Below the pieces are notes generated by a model. That model worked only from the letters and a program-made list of their open reading frames with translations, was not told the DNA's origin and did not search any database. A stretch of 64,000 bases of DNA from Candidatus Nanopelagicales bacterium. Lineage in GTDB: Bacteria; Actinomycetota; Actinomycetes; S36-B12. The stretch is taken from contig JBBARV010000002.1 of the NCBI GenBank assembly GCA_040399625.1, positions 83,599 to 147,598 on the forward strand. The letters run 5' to 3'. Each line of letters starts with the position of its first letter. Within the stretch, counting starts at the first letter, position 1. This document shows, one piece after another, positions 35,494 through 45,466 of this stretch. The position numbers were made by a program, and so were the translations under genes.

Positions 35494-36576
35494 GTGAGTA
35501 AAACGGTAGGAAGTGGCGCCCCTGATGCGGATATTCGCCCGCAGATACAGGTCCGTCTTGACCAATTCCTGGCTGAACAAAAACCAATTCTCACAACAAT
35601 TGGGCCCGAGACCCTCCCGTTATGGGAAAGCGCCAAAACCCTGCTCAATGGCGGAAAGCGTCTTCGCCCACTTTTTTGCTACTGGGGTTGGTGCGCGGCT
35701 TTTGGTGATCCAAGCCAGCGCGACTCGGTGATCACCGCAGCAAGTTCCCTTGAGTTACTGCAAGCATGTGCCCTCATCCATGACGACGTAATGGATGGCT
35801 CCGATACAAGGCGTGGACTTCCTGCCGCCCACCGCCAATTTGCCAGTATGCATCGCGGTAGTCAGTGGTTGGGAATCCCGGATCGTTTCGGCGAGGGCGC
35901 AGCAATTCTGCTCGGGGATCTATGTTTGTCTTGGGCTGACCAAATTCTCCTGACAAGTGGTCTTCCCACGGAGAACCTCAACGCCGCCAAGGCCGTCTAT
36001 AACGAAATGCGCACCGAACTCATGGCTGGGCAATACCTCGACCTTCTCGAGCAAGCGCGCGGTGGCGGATCGGTAGAGCGGGCACTGCGAGTGGTGAGGT
36101 ACAAGTCGGCGAAGTACACAATTGAGCGGCCATTGCACATTGGTGCAGCACTTGCCCTCGCCCCGCAGGAAGTGTTTGATGCCTACTCCGGTTATGGACT
36201 CCCCCTCGGTGAAGCTTTCCAACTACGCGACGACATCCTCGGAGTATTCGGGGACCCCGCAATCACCGGGAAGCCGGCAGGCGACGACTTGCGTGAAGGA
36301 AAACGCACGGTTCTGATTGCAATTGCAACGGAACGAGCAAATCCGCATCAACTTAAGTCATTGCACGAACTATTAGGTGACGAACATTTATCTACTAGCG
36401 GTATTGAAACCCTGAGGGAAATTATCTGTAATACGGGGGCCCTTGATTACACGGAAAGTTTAATCTCACAGCTGCTGGAAGAATCTTTGACAGCATTAGA
36501 TAACGCACCCCTAGACCAAGAAGCGGTAACCGAACTCACAGACCTTGCCCACAAATCCGTTCAAAGGAGCCTATAA
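35494..36576 (+). CDS. idsA: Polyprenyl (geranylgeranyl) diphosphate synthase
   Basis: 360 aa with first Asp-rich motif LIHDDVMDGS and second motif RDDILGVFGD. GTG start. Heads the crtI-crtB operon. Confidence 0.88.
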   Translation: MSKTVGSGAPDADIRPQIQVRLDQFLAEQKPILTTIGPETLPLWESAKTLLNGGKRLRPLFCYWGWCAAFGDPSQRDSVITAASSLELLQACALIHDDVMDGSDTRRGLPAAHRQFASMHRGSQWLGIPDRFGEGAAILLGDLCLSWADQILLTSGLPTENLNAAKAVYNEMRTELMAGQYLDLLEQARGGGSVERALRVVRYKSAKYTIERPLHIGAALALAPQEVFDAYSGYGLPLGEAFQLRDDILGVFGDPAITGKPAGDDLREGKRTVLIAIATERANPHQLKSLHELLGDEHLSTSGIETLREIICNTGALDYTESLISQLLEESLTALDNAPLDQEAVTELTDLAHKSVQRSL

Positions 36577-36580
36577 ACAC

Positions 36581-38128
36581 ATGTCAAACTCACTTATTAG
36601 TCGGCTGCTCCCCACCCAGCGCACCGTAACCGGCCCAACCGACAACGTCATTGTTGTGGGTGCGGGCCTCGCTGGCCTTTCGGCCGCAATGCGCTTGGCA
36701 GGTGCGGGGCGAACCGTGACAGTGTTGGAACGCGAATCCATTCCAGGTGGTCGTGCTGGACGCATCGAAATGAAGTCAGAGAGTGGCACCTATCACGCCG
36801 ACACGGGTCCAAGCGTTTTGACCATGCCCGACCTGATCGCCGACTGCTTTGATTGCCTCGGTGAAAATATGGACGACTGGCTTACCCTTGAGCCAGTTTC
36901 GCCCCTTTACCGCGCGTTTTACGCTGATGGATCAATCCTAAATGTGTACAGCGATATTGAACAGATGGCCCAAGAAATCTCAGAAGTCATCGGTGACGAA
37001 GAAGCCGCAGGCTTCCGCAAATATGTTGACTTTGTTTCCAAACTATATAAATACGAGATGTCAGACTTCATTGATCGCAATATTGATTCACCGTTAGATC
37101 TGCTCACACCCAATCTTGCGAAACTTGTCGCCATTGGTGGTTTTCGTAAATTGACGCCAAAAGTGCGTCAATACATGAAAGACCCACGCACCGAACGGAT
37201 TTATTCCTTCCAGGCGATGTACGCGGGCCTTTCCCCCTACGACGCGCTAGCAATTTACGCCGTGATTGCGTACATGGATTCAGTTGCCGGAGTCTTTTTC
37301 CCGAAAGGCGGAATGCACGCTGTCCCTAAAGCAATGGCGGGCGCACTGGAAAAGCACGGCGTCACCATTAAATACAACACGACGGTGGAGTCAGTCGTTC
37401 ACAATGGCGGCCGGGCATCGGGAGTACTCACCAGCGACGGTGAATTCATGGAGGCCGACGTAGTAGTCCTCAACCCTGACCTTCCCGTCGCTTACCGAGA
37501 ACTCATTGGTACCGAACCATGGTCGGTAAAACGCCTTAACTATTCGCCATCCGCCTTCGTCATAATTGCTGGGTCCACCCAGAAGTACTCGCAAATCTCT
37601 CATCACAATATTCACTTCGGTAAGTCTTGGAAGAAAGTTTTCACCGAGTTGATCGATGAAAAGAAGTTGATGACCGATCCCAGCATTTTGGTGACAAACT
37701 CGAGTTTTTCTGATCCGAGCCTGTCCCCTGAAGGCAGGGAGCTTTACTACATTCTGTTCCCCACTCCAAATCTCGATGCGTCCATTGACTGGAAAGAAAT
37801 TGGCCCGCGCTACCGAGATGAGTGCTACCGGGTGCTTGAGGAACGTGGCTATGTAGGCCTGCGCGACTCAATCGAAATCGACAACATCACCACCCCGCAA
37901 GATTGGGCCGACCGTGGCATGGAACGTGGCGCTCCATTTGCATCAGCACACTCATTTAGTCAAACCGGTCCGTTCCGACCCAGCAACATGTGGGGCGAGA
38001 ACGTTGTGTTTACAGGTTCAGGTACACAGCCCGGAGTTGGAGTGCCCATGGTGCTGATCTCAGGTCGACTGGCCGCAGAGCGCATTACCGGCAAAGACCA
38101 CAATTACAAATCCCGGGCAACTAGGTGA
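36581..38128 (+). CDS. crtI: Phytoene desaturase CrtI
   Basis: VIVVGAGLAGLSAAMRLAGAGRTVTVLE FAD fold and CrtI-family C-terminus. ATG 36581 lies 4 nt after the idsA stop, with AAAGGAG upstream. Confidence 0.9.
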   Translation: MSNSLISRLLPTQRTVTGPTDNVIVVGAGLAGLSAAMRLAGAGRTVTVLERESIPGGRAGRIEMKSESGTYHADTGPSVLTMPDLIADCFDCLGENMDDWLTLEPVSPLYRAFYADGSILNVYSDIEQMAQEISEVIGDEEAAGFRKYVDFVSKLYKYEMSDFIDRNIDSPLDLLTPNLAKLVAIGGFRKLTPKVRQYMKDPRTERIYSFQAMYAGLSPYDALAIYAVIAYMDSVAGVFFPKGGMHAVPKAMAGALEKHGVTIKYNTTVESVVHNGGRASGVLTSDGEFMEADVVVLNPDLPVAYRELIGTEPWSVKRLNYSPSAFVIIAGSTQKYSQISHHNIHFGKSWKKVFTELIDEKKLMTDPSILVTNSSFSDPSLSPEGRELYYILFPTPNLDASIDWKEIGPRYRDECYRVLEERGYVGLRDSIEIDNITTPQDWADRGMERGAPFASAHSFSQTGPFRPSNMWGENVVFTGSGTQPGVGVPMVLISGRLAAERITGKDHNYKSRATR

Positions 38129-39081
38129 ATCGACTGCACGCAAAGGAATACAAAGAAGCTGGAATCACCGACCGGGACCTCATTGCATCCTATGAAGTAT
38201 GTCGAGAACTCAATGCTTCACACGGGAAAACGTATTACTTGGCAACACTTTTACTCCCACCCGGTAAAAGGCCCTACGTTCACGCGCTCTATGGATTCGC
38301 TCGCTATGCCGACGAGATCGTTGACGACCTCGATTCAACATTAAGTGACCAAGAAAAAGCTGATTGGTTGAAAACTTGGGGTGAGGCATTTATGGCCGAC
38401 GTCCAAAGTGGTGAATCAAGTGACCCAGTGTGCCGGGCGGTGGTGCACACTGTTCGACGCTGGGAAATTCCGCTGGACCTCTTCGATGCCTTTCTTCACT
38501 CAATGACAATGGATCTCACCGTCACCGAATACCAAACATTTGACGACCTCTACGAGTACGTCTATGGTTCAGCCGCCGTTATTGGATTGCAGATGCTCCC
38601 TATTTTGGAACCCAGCGATCCGCAGGCTTATGAATACGCTAAAGATTTAGGGGTTGCTTTTCAGCTGGCGAATTTCATCCGTGACGTAAATGAAGACCTT
38701 GACCGCGGCCGCGTCTACCTGCCACTGGATGAACTCGAAAGGTTCGGTGTCACCCGGGCAGATTTAGAAAAACGGGAACTCACCGACAATATAAAAGCAG
38801 CCCTTCGTCACCAAATCGATCGAGTGCGCCGTCTCGATGAACAATCACGCGCCGGAATCGAAATGCTGCACCCCTCTTCACGTGACTGCATCAACGCGGC
38901 CCGAGTTTTGTACTGCGGGATTGCCAATAAAGTTGAAGAAATTGATTTTGAAGTGTTCACAAAACGTGCCCGCGTCTCCCCGCGAACCAAATTCTGGGTC
39001 GCTTTCCCCGCCTGGCGCCATGCCCGCAAAGCCCGGCGCAGATTTGGCCCGGGAAACGTTCAGGGAATCAATCCCATTTAG
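38125..39081 (+). CDS. crtB: Phytoene synthase CrtB
   Basis: 318 aa with squalene/phytoene synthase motifs YARYADEIVDD and FIRDVNEDLDRGRVYLP. 4-nt overlap with crtI. Confidence 0.9.
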   Translation: MNRLHAKEYKEAGITDRDLIASYEVCRELNASHGKTYYLATLLLPPGKRPYVHALYGFARYADEIVDDLDSTLSDQEKADWLKTWGEAFMADVQSGESSDPVCRAVVHTVRRWEIPLDLFDAFLHSMTMDLTVTEYQTFDDLYEYVYGSAAVIGLQMLPILEPSDPQAYEYAKDLGVAFQLANFIRDVNEDLDRGRVYLPLDELERFGVTRADLEKRELTDNIKAALRHQIDRVRRLDEQSRAGIEMLHPSSRDCINAARVLYCGIANKVEEIDFEVFTKRARVSPRTKFWVAFPAWRHARKARRRFGPGNVQGINPI

Positions 39082-39103
39082 ACGCGTAATCCGTCAACAG
39101 TTC

Positions 39104-39490
39104 CTACTTGTCTTGCTTGCGCCAGATCGGCGGACCTGAAGCGGGGGTTCGATCAATTCCTCGCCGTCCCCAGAACACCCAAAGGCTCAATGAGAGCAGC
39201 ACTAAGGAAAATCCAAAAAGTAGGTCTTCCGCGGGCGCAAAAGCTATGCGCCCATCGCCTAGAAATGTTGGAGCAGCATCCGCGGGTGAGGTTCCACCAA
39301 TAATTGCCGAGCCGTCGTATTTAACAATTTGGGTCCCGGTAAACAAACCGTTAGTAATCAATTGAAAAAATACGATGATCACATAGGAAGCCCAGAAGAT
39401 CGGCCTGGTGACCATGCGAGTTTTGAATGCGAAAAGATCAAGTAAAACTGCAACCACGACCGCTAACACGCCAATTGCCGTATATGTCAT
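39104..39490 (-). CDS. Lycopene cyclase domain protein (heterodimeric CrtYc/CrtYd type, subunit 2)
   Basis: 128 aa with 3 TM helices, typical of split actinobacterial lycopene beta-cyclases. 4-nt overlap with the upstream subunit. Confidence 0.75.
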   Translation of the reverse strand: MTYTAIGVLAVVVAVLLDLFAFKTRMVTRPIFWASYVIIVFFQLITNGLFTGTQIVKYDGSAIIGGTSPADAAPTFLGDGRIAFAPAEDLLFGFSLVLLSLSLWVFWGRRGIDRTPASGPPIWRKQDK

Positions 39491-39840
39491 GGGGCTTCAT
39501 CTCCCACTTGCCAGCGCGGAGATTGTGTTCCTTTGAAACTTCGCACAGCCTCAAGGGTGAGAATTGAGGCGAATGGAATAACAATAAAGAATAGAAGTTC
39601 GTCAAGTGGAATATCAGCTGGCAGGTACACCCCGAGGATTCGAGACTCGGTGAAGTACCAGTGCCCTTGGCTAATCGCGTAAGCATCCCAGACCAGAAAC
39701 GGTAGCAACACCGGGGCAATGCTGAGCAACAATCGCTTTGGTCTACGTAAAACTCGACTGCGAAGAAATACTTCAAGCCAAATAGATCCCAAGATCACAG
39801 AGACCAATACCGCGACATAACTCCAGCGGCCAAAATCCAT
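39487..39840 (-). CDS. Lycopene cyclase domain protein (heterodimeric CrtYc/CrtYd type, subunit 1)
   Basis: 117 aa from ATG 39840 (MDFGRWSYVAVLVSVILGSIWLE...) with 3 TM helices. The ORF track extends to 39927. Confidence 0.75.
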   Translation of the reverse strand: MDFGRWSYVAVLVSVILGSIWLEVFLRSRVLRRPKRLLLSIAPVLLPFLVWDAYAISQGHWYFTESRILGVYLPADIPLDELLFFIVIPFASILTLEAVRSFKGTQSPRWQVGDEAP

Positions 39841-39871
39841 GAAATCTCCCACGGCACCATAATTGCCTATT

Positions 39872-40453
39872 ATGAGTTTGGAGCAAACCTCGGATCCCTT
39901 ATCGGGCTCACAAGCAAAGTACCGCATTGCTTTACTTGGCGCTGAAAGTTCAGGGAAGACAACTCTTGCTATTTCGTTAACCGCTGCCTTGCGGGATCAG
40001 GGTTATAACGCAGGAATGGTTCCAGAATACTTGCGAGATTGGTGCGAGGAAAACTCCCGACTACCCCAGTTGGACGACCAAGGAGTGATCCTTCAAGGTC
40101 AACTTAATTTAGAAGATGCTGCCGCCGCTCAATTTGATGTTCTCGTGTGTGACCCCGCTGCAATCACAACGGGCTTTTATTCTTTGGAATATTTTGGATC
40201 CGACCTGCATTTGAATCCGAGGTACCTCAACCGCTATGACCGAGTTTTCTTGTGCGACATTGACTTCCCGTGGCAGCCGGATCCACTTCGCGACAGTGAG
40301 ACCTTGCGAGAACATATGCATACCTCGATCGTGACCTATCTCACGCAAACGAAATCCGTTCAGGATAAAGAAATCCCCCTTCTCTCCCAATCCGCGCCCC
40401 AACGGTTGGCACTCGCACTATCGCTACTTTCACTCCCTGAACTATCCCGCTAA
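39872..40453 (+). CDS. NadR-C-terminal-like P-loop kinase/ATPase (AAA_28; ribosylnicotinamide kinase-like)
   Basis: YRIALLGAESSGKTTLAISL Walker A, followed by PEYLRDW and D..AITT patterns as in the NadR RNK domain. ATG 39872; the ORF track begins at TTG 39863. Confidence 0.6.
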   Translation: MSLEQTSDPLSGSQAKYRIALLGAESSGKTTLAISLTAALRDQGYNAGMVPEYLRDWCEENSRLPQLDDQGVILQGQLNLEDAAAAQFDVLVCDPAAITTGFYSLEYFGSDLHLNPRYLNRYDRVFLCDIDFPWQPDPLRDSETLREHMHTSIVTYLTQTKSVQDKEIPLLSQSAPQRLALALSLLSLPELSR

Positions 40454-40530
40454 ACCCTCTCTTGGTAGGCACCCCCGGATCAAGGCGTGGCAACCCATCC
40501 CCCTTATAGATTCCACATAGACTCTTAAGA

Positions 40531-42408
40531 ATGGAGTCCTCTGTTCCCGGTGGCCTGGTTGGCCAAACCTTGGACCAGCGGTATGAAGTCACCTCATTGC
40601 TTGCACGAGGCGGTATGGCCACCGTTTACCTTGCTACCGACCTTCGGCTGGATCGGGTTGTTGCCCTAAAAGTTATGCACCCCCATTTGGCCAATGACCC
40701 AGGATTCGTGGCTCGTTTCCAGCGCGAAGCAAGAAGTGCCGCTCGACTCTCGCATCCACATGTTGTTGGGGTTTACGACCAGGGGAGTTCCGGTTCCCAC
40801 GTCTATTTGGCCATGGAATATCTACCGGGTCGCACATTACGTGACGTGCTGGACGAATATGGCCCGCTGAGCACCGAGCAAGCATTGGTTTTACTCGACC
40901 CCGTGATAGAAGCACTCGTTGCAGCGCACGCGGCGGGGTTTGTTCACCGAGACATTAAACCCGAAAATGTTCTGATTTCCGACGATGGCCGGGTCAAGGT
41001 TGCTGACTTTGGGTTGGCGCGTGCGGTAACAACAACTGACTCAACCCACACAACCGGCATGATTATTGGCACAGTGAGCTACCTCTCCCCCGAACAGGTT
41101 GAACACGGCGATGCAGACGAGCGCTCGGACATTTACGCAACCGGAATCTTATTTTTTGAGATGATCACCGGATCGGTCCCCCACTCAGGTGAGAGCCCGC
41201 TCTCGGTCGCCTACAAGCACGTGAACTCGGACGTACCACCACCGTCGAGTGTTATTAAAGATATTCCATCAGAAGCAGACGCACTTGTTCTTTCCGCCAC
41301 AAAGCGCGATCCTGCATTGCGTTACCAAAGCGCTCAAGATTTTTTGGCCGACGCTCGCCGAGTTCGCAAGACATTACCTGCTCCCAAGCCCTTTGTTGAC
41401 GTGAAAAATACTCTCATCGTCGATCGTAAAGATTTTGAGTTACTCGCTGGAACCGAAAAAACAACAGACCAAACTTTTCGCCCAAAAGACTTTCCACCAC
41501 GTAACAAAAAGCGCCGGGGGCTTTGGTTCGTTTTGGCACTCATGGCTGGTGTTTTACTTGCCGGACTTGGCGGCTGGTGGCTCGCTGCCGGCCCCGGACA
41601 AAACATCGATACCCCAAATCTCGTTGGCATCACCCTCGAGGAAGCCCAAGGCGTACTCCTCGCAACAACCGAAACTGAAAAGATCACGGTTGCTGCGGGT
41701 GAACCCGTCTTCAGTGAAACGATTCCCGAGGGCGTTATCGTCGCGACTGATCCACCGGCCGGTTCAGGTATCAACCCAGCTGGGGTTATTACTGCAAACA
41801 TTTCCCAAGGCCCGGAGCGTTACTTGGTGCCTAACGTTGTCGGAATGACCCCCGAGGCGGCAACAGATGCGATCACGGCGGCCAATCTGACATTGGGTGG
41901 TCGAACTGAAGCATTTGATGACACGGTGGCCACGGGTCAGGTGGCGAAAACCACACCAAAGATTGGCAGTGAACTTAAACCTGGTGAACGGGTTGACCTC
42001 GTGATCTCAAAGGGACCCAAACCCATTGAGATTCCTAAAGTTGTCGGCAAACAGATTAAAATCGTAGAAGCAAACTTGAGTAGCCTGGGCTTGAAAGTTG
42101 CCCGAAGTAATGTCTTCTCGGAGACTGTAAAGAAAAACACCGTCATGTCAATCAAACCCAAGGCGGGAAATACTGTTCCTTCTGGCAGCACCGTTGAAGT
42201 TGTGGTCTCAAAAGGTCCACCCCCGGTAATGGTTCCCAACCTGGTCGACATGCCGCGCCAAAAGGCCATTTCGGCACTCAAGAAAATCGGGCTCCAGGCA
42301 CGGGTCGAAGTTGGTGCGGTTGCACCGCTGAATCGCGTCATCAGTCAGAGTCCGGCTGCTGGAACAGAGATCCCCAAGGGCTCCTCGGTCACAATCCGAA
42401 TCATTTAA
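40531..42408 (+). CDS. Ser/Thr protein kinase with four extracellular PASTA domains
   Basis: Kinase motifs HRDIKPENVLI, DFGLA and SYLSPEQ, then a TM helix and four PASTA-like repeats (TPNLVG..., VPNVVG..., IPKVVG..., VPNLVD...). Occupies the pknL position of the mycobacterial/corynebacterial backbone. Confidence 0.9.
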   Translation: MESSVPGGLVGQTLDQRYEVTSLLARGGMATVYLATDLRLDRVVALKVMHPHLANDPGFVARFQREARSAARLSHPHVVGVYDQGSSGSHVYLAMEYLPGRTLRDVLDEYGPLSTEQALVLLDPVIEALVAAHAAGFVHRDIKPENVLISDDGRVKVADFGLARAVTTTDSTHTTGMIIGTVSYLSPEQVEHGDADERSDIYATGILFFEMITGSVPHSGESPLSVAYKHVNSDVPPPSSVIKDIPSEADALVLSATKRDPALRYQSAQDFLADARRVRKTLPAPKPFVDVKNTLIVDRKDFELLAGTEKTTDQTFRPKDFPPRNKKRRGLWFVLALMAGVLLAGLGGWWLAAGPGQNIDTPNLVGITLEEAQGVLLATTETEKITVAAGEPVFSETIPEGVIVATDPPAGSGINPAGVITANISQGPERYLVPNVVGMTPEAATDAITAANLTLGGRTEAFDDTVATGQVAKTTPKIGSELKPGERVDLVISKGPKPIEIPKVVGKQIKIVEANLSSLGLKVARSNVFSETVKKNTVMSIKPKAGNTVPSGSTVEVVVSKGPPPVMVPNLVDMPRQKAISALKKIGLQARVEVGAVAPLNRVISQSPAAGTEIPKGSSVTIRII

Positions 42409-42437
42409 TTGGTTCTACAGTTACGATTCAATAAACG

Positions 42438-42905
42438 TTAGTAACTTTCGACACCCTCGTGAATCAAGAGTTTAGTTTTAACATCAACCCCGTAGGCGTA
42501 GCCACCAATCCCTTTACTAGCCACAACCCTGTGACACGGGATCACAATAACTATCTCGTTGCGCCCACATGCAGTTCCTACAGCCCGCGCAGCCCTTGGA
42601 TAGCCTGAGCGTGCGGCAAGCTCTCCATAGGTGTTTGCCGTACCTGGAGCGATCTTGCGCATGGCGGCGTACACATTCACATTGAATTCTGAAGCTGAAT
42701 TCTGGACTGGCACTTTATCGAATGAATCGAGAACGCCGTCACCGTATTTCGTGAATGCATCATGAATGGGGGACTTTTTGGTGCTCCGTCCGTCAACATC
42801 GCGCGAATCAAACCGGGCCGATATCAATTGTTGGTCGGTCTCATCAAATACAAAATAAACGAGTCCGGCCGGGGTTTGCGCCGTGCCGTGCCAACGCGAC
42901 TTCAA
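42438..42905 (-). CDS. ogt: Methylated-DNA--protein-cysteine methyltransferase (Ogt/MGMT)
   Basis: 155 aa with active-site IPCHRVV. 4-nt overlap with the upstream DAHP synthase stop. Confidence 0.85.
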   Translation of the reverse strand: MKSRWHGTAQTPAGLVYFVFDETDQQLISARFDSRDVDGRSTKKSPIHDAFTKYGDGVLDSFDKVPVQNSASEFNVNVYAAMRKIAPGTANTYGELAARSGYPRAARAVGTACGRNEIVIVIPCHRVVASKGIGGYAYGVDVKTKLLIHEGVESY

Positions 42906-44281
42906 CTAGTTACCTTTTTGCTCAACATGTCCGCTACCAAGAATGCCAGTTCGAGACTCTGCTCGCGGTTCAAACGTGGGTCACAGGCCGTTTCATAACG
43001 TTGGGACAGGTCACCTTCAGCGACTCCCGCTGTACCGCCGACACACTCGGTGACGTCGTCTCCGGTGAGTTCAATGTGGATGCCACCAGGGAATGTTCCT
43101 GCTTCACGGTGAACGGTGAAATAACCTTCAACTTCGGTAATCACGTCGTCGAATAGTCGGGTCTTGTATCCATTTGCTGATTCGCGAGTGTTCCCGTGCA
43201 TCGGATCACAGACCCACACCACCGGAATTCCACTTGCATCGACTTTAGCCACAATATCTGGCAACTTGTCGTGAACCAGATCAGCACCCATGCGGGTTAT
43301 CAAGGATAAACGACCAGGAATGTTATTCGGATTAAGAATCCGAGCTGCTTCAACAATATCTTCAGGGGTTGCGGTCGGTCCAACCTTCATGCCAATTGGA
43401 TTGGCAATAGTTGATGCAAAATGAATGTGTGCGCCATCAAGTTGACGGGTGCGCTCCCCAATCCACAGGAAGTGACCTGACACGTCGTAGGCGTTGCCGG
43501 TTCGCGAGTCAATGCGGGTGAGCGCTCGCTCGTAGTCCATGGAAAGGGCTTCATGAGCGGCGTAGAACTCAACCCGCTGGAACTCATCAGGGTCGGCACC
43601 ACAAGCGTGCATGAACGAAAGAGCTTTATCAATGTCGCGCGCCATCAGTTCATAGCGTTGACCCGCAAGGGAATCTCGGACAAAATCCTGATTCCATGCG
43701 TGCACCTGACGCAGGTCGGCGAACCCACCCATGGTGAATGCGCGAACGAGGTTCAGTGCTGAACCCGATGCGTGATAAGCCCGAAGGAGTCTCTCAGGAT
43801 CGGGGCGGCGAGCACCCACTTCAAATTCGAGGGCGTTAACCGCGTCGCCAAGATAAGAGGTCATTTCGATTCCGTCACGGACCTCAATTGTCTTACTGCG
43901 AGGTTTGAAGTACTGACCGGCTAGACGGCCCATTTTGACAACCGGCAGTGATGCTCCGTAGGTCAAAATGACGGACATTTGGAGAACCGTTTGCAGCCGG
44001 GCCCGGATCGAATCAGCGGTATTCGCCTCAAATGTTTCGGCACAGTCACCGCCGGTGAGGACAAATGCCTCTCCGCGACCTGCCGCCGCAAGGCGATCGG
44101 TGAGTTGATCACATTCACCGGCAAAGACCAATGGAGGCATTTTGCGCAGTTTGGCTACTGATTCCTCAAGGGCAGCCTGATCAGGCCACGGTGGCTGCTG
44201 GGCCGCCACTAAATCTGGCCAATCTAAGGTCATGGGGGTTTCAACCCGACCACGAGTCTTTTGCACCTGCGGGGAATTCAT
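42902..44281 (-). CDS. aroG: Class II 3-deoxy-D-arabino-heptulosonate-7-phosphate synthase
   Basis: About 459 aa with AAQQPPWPD near the N-terminus and class II DAHPS length and sequence. Start placed at ATG 44281, after the pfk stop; the ORF track begins at 44341. Confidence 0.88.
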   Translation of the reverse strand: MNSPQVQKTRGRVETPMTLDWPDLVAAQQPPWPDQAALEESVAKLRKMPPLVFAGECDQLTDRLAAAGRGEAFVLTGGDCAETFEANTADSIRARLQTVLQMSVILTYGASLPVVKMGRLAGQYFKPRSKTIEVRDGIEMTSYLGDAVNALEFEVGARRPDPERLLRAYHASGSALNLVRAFTMGGFADLRQVHAWNQDFVRDSLAGQRYELMARDIDKALSFMHACGADPDEFQRVEFYAAHEALSMDYERALTRIDSRTGNAYDVSGHFLWIGERTRQLDGAHIHFASTIANPIGMKVGPTATPEDIVEAARILNPNNIPGRLSLITRMGADLVHDKLPDIVAKVDASGIPVVWVCDPMHGNTRESANGYKTRLFDDVITEVEGYFTVHREAGTFPGGIHIELTGDDVTECVGGTAGVAEGDLSQRYETACDPRLNREQSLELAFLVADMLSKKVTS

Positions 44282-44303
44282 GCGCTCAGCGTAGAGGGTT
44301 GGC

Positions 44304-45329
44304 TCAGCCAAAGAACGCGGTGGCTTCGCGATACCGCTCAATGGGGACGGTCTTTAGAGTTCCGGTGGCCTGCGCCAACGGCACCCGAACAATGTCGGTG
44401 CCTCGAAGACCCACCATGGTTCCCCACGCCTGATCCTTTACGGACTCAATTGCATTCAGTCCAAATCGGGTCGCGAGCACCCGGTCAAATGCCGTGGGAG
44501 TGCCGCCGCGTTGCACATGACCAAGAACCGTGGTCCGGGCTTCATGTCCGGTGCGCTCCTCCAATGCGCCGGCGAGCCACTCACCAATTCCAGAGAGTTT
44601 GACGTGACCGAAGGCATCCAAGGTGCCGTCTTTCGTGATCAGGTCCCCGTTTTTTGGGAGTGCTCCCTCAGCCACGCAGATTATCGGTGCATAGTTAGTT
44701 TCAAAACGTGAGTTAACCCAACCAACCACTTCATCGAGATCAAATGGAACTTCCGGGATCAGGATCGCATTAGCGCCTCCTGCCATACCGGAATGCAACG
44801 CAATCCATCCGGCATGGCGACCCATGACTTCGCAAATCAAAATGCGATGGTGTGACTCGGCGGTCGTGTGCAAGCGGTCCATTGCTTCAGTCGCAATTGT
44901 CACCGCGGTATCAAAACCAAATGTGTAGTCGGTTCCGCTGAGATCGTTATCAATGGTTTTCGGGACGCCAACAACAGGGAATCCCAATTCGGTGAGTGCC
45001 GTTGCTACGCCCAGCGTGTCCTCACCACCGATAGCAACGAGTGCGTCAACACCGAGTTCGGCCAGATTAGCTTTGATCCGCTCTACTCCCCCGTCGATTT
45101 TGATCGGGTTCGTGCGTGATGAACCTAGGATCGTGCCGCCGCGGGGCAGCAGGCCGCGCACCGAAGCAATATTGAGCTCCATGGTGAGACCTTCTAGTGG
45201 ACCTTTCCAACCGTCCCGGAAGCCAATGAATTCGAAACCGTATTCGGTGACACCGCGCCGGACCACTGCCCGAATAACGGCATTAAGGCCCGGGCAATCT
45301 CCGCCACCGGTGAGTACTCCAACGCGCAT
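44304..45329 (-). CDS. pfkA: 6-phosphofructokinase, with PPi-type signature residues
   Basis: 341 aa from ATG 45329 (MRVGVLTGGGDCPGLNAVIRAVV) with IGGEDT (Asp104) and PKTIDND (Lys124). The ORF track extends to 45437. Confidence 0.88.
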   Translation of the reverse strand: MRVGVLTGGGDCPGLNAVIRAVVRRGVTEYGFEFIGFRDGWKGPLEGLTMELNIASVRGLLPRGGTILGSSRTNPIKIDGGVERIKANLAELGVDALVAIGGEDTLGVATALTELGFPVVGVPKTIDNDLSGTDYTFGFDTAVTIATEAMDRLHTTAESHHRILICEVMGRHAGWIALHSGMAGGANAILIPEVPFDLDEVVGWVNSRFETNYAPIICVAEGALPKNGDLITKDGTLDAFGHVKLSGIGEWLAGALEERTGHEARTTVLGHVQRGGTPTAFDRVLATRFGLNAIESVKDQAWGTMVGLRGTDIVRVPLAQATGTLKTVPIERYREATAFFG

Positions 45330-45466
45330 GTGACTTACCTTCCACCAATGTGAACCGAAACAGCGGATCATCCCTGCCAAGCGACGAATAACAACGTTAT
45401 CACCGCGGTGCCCTGTTCCAGAACTACGCAACTGCAAAAACCACGAGTCACTTCACCTCATCCATA

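Noticed and set aside
35328-35648. 107-codon N-terminal extension of the antiporter ORF
   Set aside because: It would run through the divergent idsA promoter and the first 50 codons of idsA. GTG 35327 has a perfect AGGAGG at 7-nt spacing, and the first TM helix follows immediately.
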